From the NCBI GenBank assembly GCA_963701095.1, contig OY969564.1, positions 2,272,001 to 2,336,000 on the forward strand: DNA of 64,000 nt, given 5' to 3'. The DNA is from an uncultured Methanoregulaceae archaeon (GTDB taxonomy: Archaea > Halobacteriota > Methanomicrobia > Methanomicrobiales > Methanospirillaceae). The translations under genes were made by a program, and so were the position numbers. Of the stretch, positions 42,818-52,659 are shown piece by piece. Numbering within the stretch: position 1 is the first letter of the stretch; each line of letters opens with the position of its first letter. The notes under the pieces were generated by a model. The model was not told the origin of the DNA and did not search any database. It was given only the letters and a program-made list of their open reading frames with translations.

Positions 42818-44335
42818 TCATTCCCTGCTGGTCAGGTTGATCGCGTTTACCAGTGCGTCGACCGAGGCGAGTACGATATCGTCGCCGCTGCCGCTTGCAT
42901 CATAGATCTTTCCATGTTCATCTGCGACAGCTATAGTGACATGGCATATCGCATCCGAACCCCCGCTTATCGCTTCGATATGGAACTCGGTCAGCTGGAT
43001 CTGCGCCGGGATGATCCCGAGAATGGCTTTTAGGGCAGCATCTACAGGGCCGTTTCCTACACTGGAGAAGACATGTTCGCACCCGTCGACCTGGGCCCGG
43101 ACGCTTGCGGTGGGAATGACGTGGTTACCTGTCATGATGGCGATATCTTCGAGCGTGAGTACCTTTTTCCCTGCACCCGTGCCCATGACACTTCCGGCGA
43201 TTTCGTAGAGGTCAGCGTCGGTAATACGTTTACCTTTGCTTGCGATTGCCTTGACCCTCTCGACAATGATATCGAGCTGTGCATCATCAGGACCGATATG
43301 GGCATCAGCGAGTGTCTGCCTGACAGCGTGCCGGCCGACATGTTTCCCTAGGGTTAGTCTCCGCCGGTGCCCGACCATCTCTGGAGTCATGATGCCGGGT
43401 TCAAAGGTATCAGATCGCTTGAGGACGCCCTGTGTGTGGATCCCGCTTTCGTGCGAGAAAACGTTTTCTCCGACCACGGGTTGGGTGGGGGGGATGCCAA
43501 TTCCCGAGAACCGGGAGATGAGACGCGAGGTCTCAACGAGGCGTTCTTTTTTAATCCCGGTGTTGACACCGTAGATCGATTCGAGGATCATGACGGTCTG
43601 GGCGAGGTCGGCGTTACCGGCACGTTCGCCTAATCCGTTGATGGTGACCTGGACCTGGGATGCCCCGGCTTCGACCGCCGCGACGGTGTTTGCAACCGCG
43701 AGGCCAAAGTCGTTGTGGCAGTGGACGTCAAGAGGGCAGTCTACGTCGTGTGCAAGCCTTGTCATGAGTGCCTTCATCCCTGAAGGGGCGATGACACCGA
43801 CAGTATCCGGGATGTTAATGATGGTTGCTCCGGCCCTGCTTGCAGCCCGGCAGACTTCGACCAGGTAGTCGGGTTCTGTCCGGGTTGCGTCCATGGGCGA
43901 GAACATGCACTTTTTGACATGTTTTCTCGCGTACCTGATGATTTCGTCCGTTATCTCAAGAACCTGTTCCCGGGTCTTGTTGATAGTGTTTTCACGCTGG
44001 ATGTCTGATGTAGGAATAAACACGTGGATCATGTCGACGTCGCAGTCGATGCAGGCATCAACATCGGCTTTAACAGATCTGGCAAGTCCGCAGACGTTGG
44101 CCTCTAACCCGAGCTTTTTGATAGCAGTGACGGTCTCTTTTTCCGCAGCCGACGACGCAGGGAACCCTGCTTCGATGGAATGGACACCGATGGCTGAGAG
44201 CTGTCGGGCAATTTCGATCTTCTGTTCAAAGGTGAATGCTATCCCCGGGGTCTGTTCTCCATCCCGGAGCGTTGTGTCAAAAACGGTCACGTCTTCATGC
44301 GCACGGCTGTCGGTGAAGAAGACGATCCCCCGCAA
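42818..44335 (-). CDS. 2-isopropylmalate/citramalate synthase (LeuA/CimA family); start uncertain
   Basis: DTTLRDGEQ, HCHNDFG, GERAGN, HESGIH, C-terminal regulatory domain GNGPVDAA. Confidence 0.93.
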   Translation of the reverse strand: MRGIVFFTDSRAHEDVTVFDTTLRDGEQTPGIAFTFEQKIEIARQLSAIGVHSIEAGFPASSAAEKETVTAIKKLGLEANVCGLARSVKADVDACIDCDVDMIHVFIPTSDIQRENTINKTREQVLEITDEIIRYARKHVKKCMFSPMDATRTEPDYLVEVCRAASRAGATIINIPDTVGVIAPSGMKALMTRLAHDVDCPLDVHCHNDFGLAVANTVAAVEAGASQVQVTINGLGERAGNADLAQTVMILESIYGVNTGIKKERLVETSRLISRFSGIGIPPTQPVVGENVFSHESGIHTQGVLKRSDTFEPGIMTPEMVGHRRRLTLGKHVGRHAVRQTLADAHIGPDDAQLDIIVERVKAIASKGKRITDADLYEIAGSVMGTGAGKKVLTLEDIAIMTGNHVIPTASVRAQVDGCEHVFSSVGNGPVDAALKAILGIIPAQIQLTEFHIEAISGGSDAICHVTIAVADEHGKIYDASGSGDDIVLASVDALVNAINLTSRE

Positions 44336-44351
44336 AATCCTTGCGAGCCAT
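44295..44351 (-). other. 18-codon upstream ORF (MARKDFAGDRLLHRQPCA) overlapping the LeuA/CimA start, with tandem CTT-CTT Leu codons
   Basis: ATG 44351-44349 about 24 nt downstream of a TTTAAATA box; TGA at 44297-44295; main ORF is in the +1 frame. Confidence 0.55.
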
Positions 44352-44487
44352 GGTTATCCCTATACGTTCCCGGATTATTTAAAACGGTTACTGCACCAGG
44401 TTTCTTCTTTGGTTTTTCGCCAGAAAAACGAACTTGGGCACTGCGATATGTTTAATACGAAACTACCCCTACATTATTAGGCAGTGC

Positions 44488-44593
44488 CCCGCCTTAACTC
44501 AGCCTGGTAGAGTGCGCGGCTGTAGTATGGTTTGCCGGTATCGGCAACTGCGCGGCTACCGCGATGTCCCCGGTCCGAATCCGGGAGGCGGGA
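44488..44593 (+). tRNA. tRNA-Tyr(GTA) with an intron at 37/38 (about 44526-44557)
   Basis: CCCGCCT acceptor/AGGCGGG; CGCGG-CTGTAG[intron]A-CCGCG; intron hairpin TTGCCG-GTAT-CGGCAA. Confidence 0.9.
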
Positions 44594-44608
44594 TATACTG
44601 TATCAAAT

Positions 44609-44681
44609 GCCCAGGTAGTGTAGCGGCCTATCATGATTGCCTGTCACGCAATCGACTCGGATTCGAATTCCGACCTGGGCG
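44609..44681 (+). tRNA. tRNA-Asp(GTC)
   Basis: GCCCAGG...ATTGC-CTGTCAC-GCAAT...TTCGAAT...CCTGGGCG. Confidence 0.95.
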
Positions 44682-44724
44682 TAATCCATTTCTCGCAATT
44701 TTTCGATTTTTCGGGTGTATTTTT

Positions 44725-45007
44725 CAGGATCGGAGGAGAATACGCTGATACACAAACGGAGCAGTCTGTCTATACTTCGGACGGGCAGGTGATTCAGGCA
44801 ACCGGGGTCCTGAATGCATCTGTACAGCAGCTTAATGTACTTGCAGATACGGCTAACTCTTGGAAAACCAAGGTGGAGAACGATATTGCGACGAACTATA
44901 TGTCCACCTATGCTTCCGATCTGCAAATGTACAACCAGACGTATAGTGTCTACCAGAATTATTACACGACGGTTTATTCTCCTGATTATACACGTGGAAC
45001 ACCCTGA
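44725..45007 (+). pseudogene. 5'-truncated fragment of an unknown Tyr/Thr/Gln-rich protein
   Basis: Protein-like open frame with no start codon, directly downstream of tRNA-Asp. Confidence 0.35.
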
Positions 45008-45165
45008 ATACCAATCTGCAGGATGTATCTATGCCAAAAGAAATGGTATTGGAGAATAATTATGGATGAACCGGGGGATAAATGTCGGTGTGGCAATATG
45101 GCCTCACGGTGGAGTGGGTTATTACGCCAAAGAATACCATGCATCCTGAAAAGCAACAGTCTCCC

Positions 45166-45671
45166 ATGAAAAACATCATTCTCATTGGCATGCCCGGTGC
45201 AGGGAAGAGCACCGTCGGGGTTATTCTTGCAAAGATGCTCGGGATGACCTTTGTTGATACCGATATTGCGATCCAGGAACGTGCCGGCCGGCTCCTGCAG
45301 GAGATTATCAATATGGATGGACCAGATGCGTTTCTCGCGATCGAAGAGAAGACAATTCTCTCCCTTCATTACCATCATTGCGTTATCGCCACCGGGGGAA
45401 GTGTTGTTTTTTCAAAAACGGCGATGGACTGGCTGAAGCAGGATAGCGTGATCGTGTACCTGAAGATCTCCTGCGAGGACATGATCAAAAGGCTCAGGAA
45501 CATCACGACCCGGGTGTTGTCCTGATCCCAGGACAGAGCCTTCCGGCTATGTATCATCAGAGGGTTCCTCTGTACGAGCAGTATGCCGATATCACAATCG
45601 ACTGCGCAGACGAGGATTTTGAAGAGGTGGTGGGGAAGGTGATTCGGGAGCTCGCTGTGAAAAAGTTTTGA
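45166..45671 (+). CDS. aroK: Bacterial-type shikimate kinase (frameshift near 45512)
   Basis: IILIGMPGAGKSTVG, DTD, IATGGSVV; tail R.PLYEQYADITIDC in the next frame. Confidence 0.88.
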
Positions 45672-46052
45672 ACTTTGATTTCGTTCAGCCGGCTCTCCAA
45701 GGGCTTATAAGAGCGGATGGATTTCCAACGACGATAGCTATTCACGCAGTATTGATGATCATTCACCTGTTGTATCCAGGTAATCCTGCCAAGATCTCAG
45801 GGAATTGTCTCGGTGGCCAAAAAAACCGGATCTATAGATAGAAATATGAGGTCACGAAGCAAGTCTTGCCAGTCACAGGAGGAAAAAGGAAACCGGAGTC
45901 ACCGGCGGGCCGGCGACATCCTTACACAAACAGTGACGGGAAGAGATCATTCCCTATCACCAGTCTACCGCACCCGGTGCAGCATACCGGGAGTACACAC
46001 GGCTTTTGCCGGAAAATACAACAAATGAAAATAAAAAAAATTGAGGTTTGAA

Positions 46053-47687
46053 ATGTCACAACAGCTTGGCGGACAGCCAATTATCATTCTCAGGCAGGGA
46101 ACGACACGAAATCGCGGGCAGGAAGCCCAGGAGAATAACATTGCCGCAGCTAAGGCAGTAGCTACCGCGGTTCGGTCGACTCTTGGCCCAAAAGGCATGG
46201 ACAAGATGCTCATAGACAGCATGGGAGATATCGTTATCACCAACGATGGTGCAACCATCCTCAAACAGATGGACATCGAACATCCTGCAGCAAAGATGAT
46301 GGTCGAGATTGCAAAGACCCAGGACGACGAAGTGGGCGATGGCACAACATCGGCAGTCGTTATCGCCGGTGAACTCTTAAAGCAGGCCGAAGAACTGCTC
46401 CAGTCCCGTGTCCACCCGACTGTCATTGGGGAAGGATACCAGCAGGCGGCTGTAAAGTCACTGGCGATCCTTGAGAGCCTATCTGTTGCGGTAAAACCCT
46501 CCGATACTGCAATGCTTGAAAAAGTCGCGGAAACAGCGATCAGCGGTAAAGGTGCAGAGGCCTACAAGAAACTTCTCTGTGCGATGGTCGTAAAAGCAGT
46601 CACGTCGATCACCGAGCCCGATGGAACGGTCGATATCAAGCATATAAACGTGCAAAAGAAAGTCGGTGGTGCCGTGGAAAATACCGTTCTGATCGAAGGT
46701 ATGGTACTTGACAAGGAGAGGGCGAACCCGGGTATGCCAAAAGTGGTAAAGGACGCCAGGATCCTTCTTCTTAATGCGGCAGTCGAGTTCAGGAAGACCG
46801 AAGTCAGCGCCGAGATCAATATCACCCGCCCCGAACAGTTACAGGCTTTCCTCGATGAAGAAGCGCAAATGGTGCACGGCCTTGCAGAGAAGATTATTGC
46901 AAGCGGAGCGAACGTCATGTTCTGCCAGAAAGGTATTGATGATGTCGCCCAGCATTACCTGGCAAAAGCCGGCATTCTTGCCGTGCGACGGGTAAAAAAG
47001 AGCGACATGGAGAACCTTGCCCGCGCTACTGGTGCAGCGCTTGTCAACAGCATAGACGCAATTTCTGCCTCCGATCTCGGGACAGCCGGCCTAGTGGAGG
47101 AAAAGAAGTTCTCCGGTGAAGAGATGATTACGGTCTCGCACTGCAAAAACCCAAAAGCAGTCTCCATCATAATCCGGGGCGGCTCAGACCACATTATCGA
47201 TGAGATCGAGCGTGCTCTCCATGATGCACTCATGGTGGTCAGTGTTGTTGTAAAGGACAAGAAAATCGTCGCCGGAGGAGGAGCACCCGAGACCGAGCTT
47301 TCGCTTCAGTTGCGACAATATGCCTCGACTCTGGGGGGCCGCAACCAGCTTGCCGTTGAAGCATTTGCAGCAGCCATGGATGTTATTCCCCGTGCTCTAG
47401 CCGAGAATGCAGGTCTTGATTCCATCGATATGCTGGTTGCAATCCGGGCTGCGCATGAAGCAGGGAACCGGACCTTCGGCCTTGATGTATACGCGGGAAA
47501 ACCCGTTGACATGCTGAAAGCCGGGGTTGTCGAACCGTTAAGGGTCAAGACCCAGGCGATCACCAGTGCAGCCGAGGCAGCAGTCATGATCCTGCGTATC
47601 GACGATGTCATTTCCTCGTCAAAAGCAGCTCCTTCGGAAGGCGGGATGCCGCCCGGTGGGATGCCTCCGGGCATGGGCGATTATTAA
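46053..47687 (+). CDS. Thermosome (group II chaperonin) subunit
   Basis: [27 protein letters not shown]-rich tail. Confidence 0.97.
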   Translation: MSQQLGGQPIIILRQGTTRNRGQEAQENNIAAAKAVATAVRSTLGPKGMDKMLIDSMGDIVITNDGATILKQMDIEHPAAKMMVEIAKTQDDEVGDGTTSAVVIAGELLKQAEELLQSRVHPTVIGEGYQQAAVKSLAILESLSVAVKPSDTAMLEKVAETAISGKGAEAYKKLLCAMVVKAVTSITEPDGTVDIKHINVQKKVGGAVENTVLIEGMVLDKERANPGMPKVVKDARILLLNAAVEFRKTEVSAEINITRPEQLQAFLDEEAQMVHGLAEKIIASGANVMFCQKGIDDVAQHYLAKAGILAVRRVKKSDMENLARATGAALVNSIDAISASDLGTAGLVEEKKFSGEEMITVSHCKNPKAVSIIIRGGSDHIIDEIERALHDALMVVSVVVKDKKIVAGGGAPETELSLQLRQYASTLGGRNQLAVEAFAAAMDVIPRALAENAGLDSIDMLVAIRAAHEAGNRTFGLDVYAGKPVDMLKAGVVEPLRVKTQAITSAAEAAVMILRIDDVISSSKAAPSEGGMPPGGMPPGMGDY

Positions 47688-47951
47688 CCCCCTTTTTTCG
47701 GTAGTTTTTCCGGTTGGGCTCATTGTTTTTCCGGAAACGAAATCGGTTTCATGCATCATGCTATACGCTGGGACAACCTATTCATATGTACACAAACGGT
47801 TTTGGGCATACATTCGATCGCGCTCGATCCTGAGGACAAGAGCGATCTATCGCCTCCCCTATGAAACCCTTTTTGCAGTAAAAATCGATTAAAACCAAGG
47901 GTCTGGTATCATTTTCCCTTGGGCGCACCAGAGCATATCAACGAGGAAACA

Positions 47952-48149
47952 ATGCCTAAACAACTATTCAAATCGGAAGTTGCGGGGACATCCGCCGGAA
48001 ATATCATCCGGTGGATCTGTCCCACATGTTATGCAGAAAATGCAATTATTAACAGAACAGCAGGGGATTTTTTCAAGGCATCCCGGGATTCCACATGCCG
48101 GCAATGCAGGAACCGTTCTACCATTACAACACCCCGCTTTCACGCGTAA
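47952..48149 (+). CDS. Small Zn-finger protein
   Basis: CPTC...CRQC; GAGG RBS upstream. Confidence 0.6.
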   Translation: MPKQLFKSEVAGTSAGNIIRWICPTCYAENAIINRTAGDFFKASRDSTCRQCRNRSTITTPRFHA

Positions 48150-48165
48150 CCGGCATTTTCTTTTT

Positions 48166-48342
48166 TTAACGCGTTCTGGTTCTCAAAATCACTGCTATAA
48201 TCAGCACAATTATTGAAAGGGTTAATATGTACCAATCATATTCGTATAGATTCTTTTGAAGAGCAGTTCTTGCAATGCTAATGAGAGTTACTACCGCAAT
48301 ACCTGACCAAAACCCGATTATCAAATCCCAGTTGATTTTCAT
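48166..48342 (-). CDS. Small 2-TM membrane protein
   Basis: Two hydrophobic helices. Confidence 0.45.
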   Translation of the reverse strand: MKINWDLIIGFWSGIAVVTLISIARTALQKNLYEYDWYILTLSIIVLIIAVILRTRTR

Positions 48343-48571
48343 AAATCTCGACCTTCCAGTCAAAAGTGGTAATCTTACTAAATCTACTTTTGGGCTTTGC
48401 CCAGGGTATCATCACCCTGCCTTCGCCAATCAAATCTTATGTCAAATCCGGTCTTAAAAAAACGATCTGTTAACCTGTGATAATTGCTGCTTACCCGATG
48501 TCCGTAAAATGCTTCCTCATTAAGTGGATTTATCTTATATACTGCGGATAATCCCCGTGTGAGGAAACACC

Positions 48572-49009
48572 ATGTCTCCAAGGGTAGATCCATTCAATAA
48601 TGCCCGGTTTCTCGTGGAAATTGAGGGAATAACACGGGCCGGGTTCCAGGAAGTCGAGTTCGGGAGTGCCGAAACCGAGGTCATCGAGTACCGGGAAGGA
48701 AACGATCCCCCTGTAATGAGAAAATTATCAGGCCTAACCTTGTATTGCCCGATCCGGCTGGTATGGGGTATTACCAGCGATATGGAACTGTATACCTGGT
48801 ACAATACCTGCATCACGTCCGGAGCGGCTGGCCAGAAAAGAAGTATTGACATTATCCTGCTCGACGATGGCGGAAACGAGAAGGTGCGGTGGACTCTTTC
48901 GAATGCATGGCCCAGCAGATATATCCCGCCGGACTTCTCTGCCCTGGATTGTGATGTTGCGATTGAAATGCTCGAGATTGTTCACGAGGGATTTACCCGG
49001 GTTACCTGA
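48572..49009 (+). CDS. Phage tail tube protein, T4 gp19/Afp1-like
   Basis: DPF....F.VEIEG....GFQEV, E.IEYREG, RKLSG, W.L.NAWPSRY, VAIE.LEIVHEG. Confidence 0.9.
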   Translation: MSPRVDPFNNARFLVEIEGITRAGFQEVEFGSAETEVIEYREGNDPPVMRKLSGLTLYCPIRLVWGITSDMELYTWYNTCITSGAAGQKRSIDIILLDDGGNEKVRWTLSNAWPSRYIPPDFSALDCDVAIEMLEIVHEGFTRVT

Positions 49010-49039
49010 TTGTCCGTTGGAAGGAGGCCTGAACAACGT

Positions 49040-49470
49040 ATGCCAAGTTCACAGCGACAGGACCCTCTGCCGGCATTCCGGTTCGTGGTCGAGAAAGAGG
49101 GAAAAGCAATCCCGCAGGTGACCAGGGTCACCGGTCTCATGCTGGAAAGCGGGTTGTTCTTTCCCGATACTCCCGGTGCATCTCTTCTTCCGGTCCCCCA
49201 TGTTGTTGTGCAGCGGGGAGTAACGGACGATACCCAGCTCTGGGACTGGGTGAAAATGACCCGTAAGGATCCTACCCTCAGGTACGATATCCGGATCCTT
49301 CTCATGGACGCCTCCGGCAAAGCATTTAATGTCTGGCGGCTTGTGAAGGCCTACCCGTTCGGTGGTACGGGCCGGATCTCATCGCTGACACGAGTGCGGT
49401 GGCGTTCGAGATGCTCGAACTCGGGTATGAACGGATCGATTGGGAACTTCCTGACGGGACGTCGGTCTGA
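49040..49470 (+). CDS. Second T4 gp19-like tail tube protein (frameshift near 49358)
   Basis: DPLPAFRFVVE, L.RG-like VQRGVTDD.QLWDW, W.LVKAYP; then RWYGPDLIAD.SAVAFEMLELGYE in the shifted frame; GGAGG RBS. Confidence 0.82.
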
Positions 49471-49822
49471 GACGGAACCCGTGATGTATCGGATCCCAGA
49501 GGCGGGCTTGAAATAGGGAAGAGCGAGACGCTCACCGGGGATTTCGCCCCTTGCAGCCTGGGCTGGACCCGGTCCGGATGTGTCGGCAGGATATACTCCA
49601 CCATATACTCAGGTTGTATGGCGGTTGTTCTGTCAAGGTATCGGCAGTTCTGAATATCCTCCCATCGAAGGAAAAAGGACAACCTGCAGACGAATGAACA
49701 GAACACCTTTTTCATTGTACTAACTTGGCGGTTCAATCAGACAACTTTGAGGATCTTGGGAATATATCCAACCATCCATGTAACAACCAAACGATACAAA
49801 ATGTAACGTATGGAGAACATCG

Positions 49823-50428
49823 ATGTCACAACTCGTTATAGAAACAGACACGGTAAAAAGAGGAGTGCTCTACTTCTTTGCTATCGTGGGCATCGCGATC
49901 ATTGGATGCTGGATCGGGATGGGTATCGTGGATCATTACATCAGTTTAGAGGCACAGCAGGCACCTGCTCCTGTGAGTGCACCTGTTACGGCTCCGGCAA
50001 CTGCTCCTGCTGCAGCTTCTGCTCTTCCTGTGGCACCAGTGGCACAACAGTACCCGTTTGTCATTGAATTTACGGTTCTGTCAACCACCGTAGCAGACGG
50101 GCATTATGTAGTGTTCACGACCGCCGGCCAGACCTTGTACATGCCTGACTTCTCTTCGTGGAACTCTTTGTACCCGCAGAACACGTATACCACGACCATT
50201 CTCGGGACTGAGGTAAATGGTGCATTGGATGCCAGTGCCGCAAACCTGATGTACCATTTCAATTATCCCCCGGTATCTTATCCCTTCTCTTACCCGGTGT
50301 ACTATCACTACTCGGGCTTGTACTACCGGTTCGATGGGTTGAAATCAAGCCAGATTCCGGCAACCACAGTTTCCGGTCAAAGAGTGATAGAGGGTATCCC
50401 CCCAAACTGGAACAGGGCCTATCCATAA
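49823..50428 (+). CDS. Membrane-anchored secreted protein, paralog of 50537-51487
   Basis: N-terminal TM, Ala/Pro linker, one copy of a ~65-aa beta-rich repeat. Confidence 0.75.
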   Translation: MSQLVIETDTVKRGVLYFFAIVGIAIIGCWIGMGIVDHYISLEAQQAPAPVSAPVTAPATAPAAASALPVAPVAQQYPFVIEFTVLSTTVADGHYVVFTTAGQTLYMPDFSSWNSLYPQNTYTTTILGTEVNGALDASAANLMYHFNYPPVSYPFSYPVYYHYSGLYYRFDGLKSSQIPATTVSGQRVIEGIPPNWNRAYP

Positions 50429-50536
50429 TCCTCTTTACAATCTGCCTTTAGTCCAGGTATACCCCTACAGGAGTTACCCGGTTTTTGCGGATCTGGATCG
50501 CCTCAAAGAACACCTTAAATTTCTCTCGGATACACT

Positions 50537-51487
50537 ATGTCCCAGCTTGTCATAGAAACGGATACCATCAAAAAAGGAGTGCTTTACTTCTTTGCTGTCG
50601 CGGGCATCGCAATTGTCGGATGCTGGATCGGGATGGGTATCATGAATTATTGCATCAGCGAGGCGGCACAATTAACCAGTGCTCCTGTCACTGCATCTGC
50701 CACGGCTTCCGCGCCAGCTGTGGCATCACCGGTACAACAGTTCCCTTTTGTCATTGAATTCACGGTTCTGTCAACCACCTTTGCCAACGGGCATTACCAG
50801 GTCGGGACAACCGCCGGAAACATTCTCTACGTGCCTGACTATGCGACGTGGAACTCTTTGTGGCTGCACGATTCCTATTCTGCAACGATAACAGGTGTCG
50901 AGCCAAACGGTGTTCTGGATGCCGGGACAGTCAGCCGTGTATCCTTATCTGGCACGTTTCCTTCATTACCTGAAACAATTCAGGCATCGCCCTATCCCAA
51001 AGCCCTTGCATTTACGGTCTCGTCGACAACCATAACAAACGGCAATTATGACGTAATGACTACCACCGGCCAGACCTTGCACCTGCCCGATTACGCGACA
51101 TGGAACGCGCTGCTCCCGCAGGACACTTATTCTGCAACAATTACCGGTTCTGAGGCTGACGGTTCGCTGGATGCCAGTACCATAACTCCTGCCCAGGTAA
51201 ATTATCCGGCGGGTACGTCCCGGGTAAGTACTGCGATGGCATCACCAACGACCTGGACACTCCAGGACTCACAGCACACCGGCACCATAACACTGTACCC
51301 GGGCGGTACCGGCCAGGCAACCATCGATAGTTACCCGACGGTATCGTTCACGTACACGCTCGCGGCCGATGGAACAGAGGGAACAGCATCGTACAACCTC
51401 TGGTCGGTCCCGTTCACGTACAATCCCGCCACTCATGTAATTACATCACCTCATTATCCGGGAGCAGAACTGGTTCCTGCCGGATAA
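50537..51487 (+). CDS. Membrane-anchored secreted protein with two internal repeats
   Basis: N-terminus nearly identical to the upstream gene; FTV.STT..NG.Y...TT.G..L..PDYATWN.L repeated. Confidence 0.75.
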   Translation: MSQLVIETDTIKKGVLYFFAVAGIAIVGCWIGMGIMNYCISEAAQLTSAPVTASATASAPAVASPVQQFPFVIEFTVLSTTFANGHYQVGTTAGNILYVPDYATWNSLWLHDSYSATITGVEPNGVLDAGTVSRVSLSGTFPSLPETIQASPYPKALAFTVSSTTITNGNYDVMTTTGQTLHLPDYATWNALLPQDTYSATITGSEADGSLDASTITPAQVNYPAGTSRVSTAMASPTTWTLQDSQHTGTITLYPGGTGQATIDSYPTVSFTYTLAADGTEGTASYNLWSVPFTYNPATHVITSPHYPGAELVPAG

Positions 51488-51577
51488 AATCGTATTTTTA
51501 AGGTACCCTGGAGCAGGCTGTTGATCCGCATGGTACTGGGTTTTTTCGGGACACACTAACAGGACTATGAGGTATGG

Positions 51578-51670
51578 AGGAAAGAAACCGGGCGTGTGAC
51601 CTCACGCCCGGCGAAATCCCGGAGTGTTCGAGTATCTCCCATATTGACCGCAGTCAGCGTGCGGTCGGTC
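51578..51670 (-). ncRNA. Candidate structured small RNA
   Basis: Hairpins 51646-51666 and 51588-51611 followed by a U-rich tail on the minus strand; TTTAAGTATA box about 15-25 nt upstream. Confidence 0.4.
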
Positions 51671-51783
51671 TGATATATACGAGTATACTTAAAAAGTCGT
51701 GGTCACTTTCTATTTTTTAGAATTCCGATTTGTTCTCTTCTTTGTTCCGGACTCTCTTAAAAAAATGAATTTCGCCGTATTAT

Positions 51784-52038
51784 CTAATGGTATATCTTGC
51801 ATCCAAGGAACCCGAGATAAAGACCGCCCCCTATGATGGTCAATGCGCTGAATCCTGTAAGGAGGAGGAAAAACCATGCGAGTCCTCCGCCGATTATTTG
51901 TATTCCGGTTTTTATCTGATCATCCATGGGAGAAAAACTCCTGAAAAACGAAACTTCATGCAATTTTACTGCCCGTGGCATATATAATTCCCTGATCGCG
52001 TTTGGAATATGATTGAACCGCCGGGTTAGTACAATCAA
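51784..52038 (-). CDS. Small membrane protein (start uncertain)
   Basis: C-terminal hydrophobic Gly-rich helices. Confidence 0.4.
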   Translation of the reverse strand: MIVLTRRFNHIPNAIRELYMPRAVKLHEVSFFRSFSPMDDQIKTGIQIIGGGLAWFFLLLTGFSALTIIGGGLYLGFLGCKIYH

Positions 52039-52074
52039 ACTTCGAAAATCGTTCTCGCACGGTTCCGCTCTTCA

Positions 52075-52479
52075 TTAGCACTTCGCCTCGCATGCGAAGG
52101 CTGCGGGTCCATTGCTCCCGGCGTTCGAGGCACACTGTTCCACACAGGCTTTACAGGCATCGAATGTTGCGTTCTCCACTAACCTGCAACTTCCTCCACT
52201 GGTATCGCACCGGGCATACACCCGGCACTTGTCGCCAAGCTCGTACACCATTGAACATTCCTGCGGGGGATTGGGACTGCATGCGAGATCAAGACCATGA
52301 CATGGCGTAAGTCCACAGGAGGATCCGCTCAGGGTGACTGCCGGGATCGTAGTGGGCATTGTGGGCGAACTTCCTCCCCCGGGAGATGTGGATGTGCAGC
52401 CTGATGCAAGGAAGCCTGCGATGAGTAAGGCTGTAAAAATACCGGTGATGATAACATCAGCCCTCATAAAAAATCCCAT
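52075..52479 (-). CDS. Cys-rich putative lipoprotein
   Basis: LASGC lipobox; about 12 Cys in the mature domain. Confidence 0.7.
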   Translation of the reverse strand: MGFFMRADVIITGIFTALLIAGFLASGCTSTSPGGGSSPTMPTTIPAVTLSGSSCGLTPCHGLDLACSPNPPQECSMVYELGDKCRVYARCDTSGGSCRLVENATFDACKACVEQCASNAGSNGPAAFACEAKC

Positions 52480-52659
52480 GGTAGAGATAAATCCACTATC
52501 CTATTATAAATTTTTTTAACCACTGTGCCGGTGCATGAACGGGACTCAAAAGAAACGGATACCGTCTAATCGATGGTGTCTGTTTAACAGGTCCCGACAA
52601 AGCACCAGAACCTGCGAAGCATACAATTATTAATTTCCAATCTCTATGCGGGAAATATT

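Noticed and set aside
44570..44585. tRNA-Tyr T-loop reads GGTCCGAATCC instead of GGTTCGAATCC
   Set aside because: A single substitution; cannot separate a natural variant from a sequencing error, and the rest of the cloverleaf is intact.
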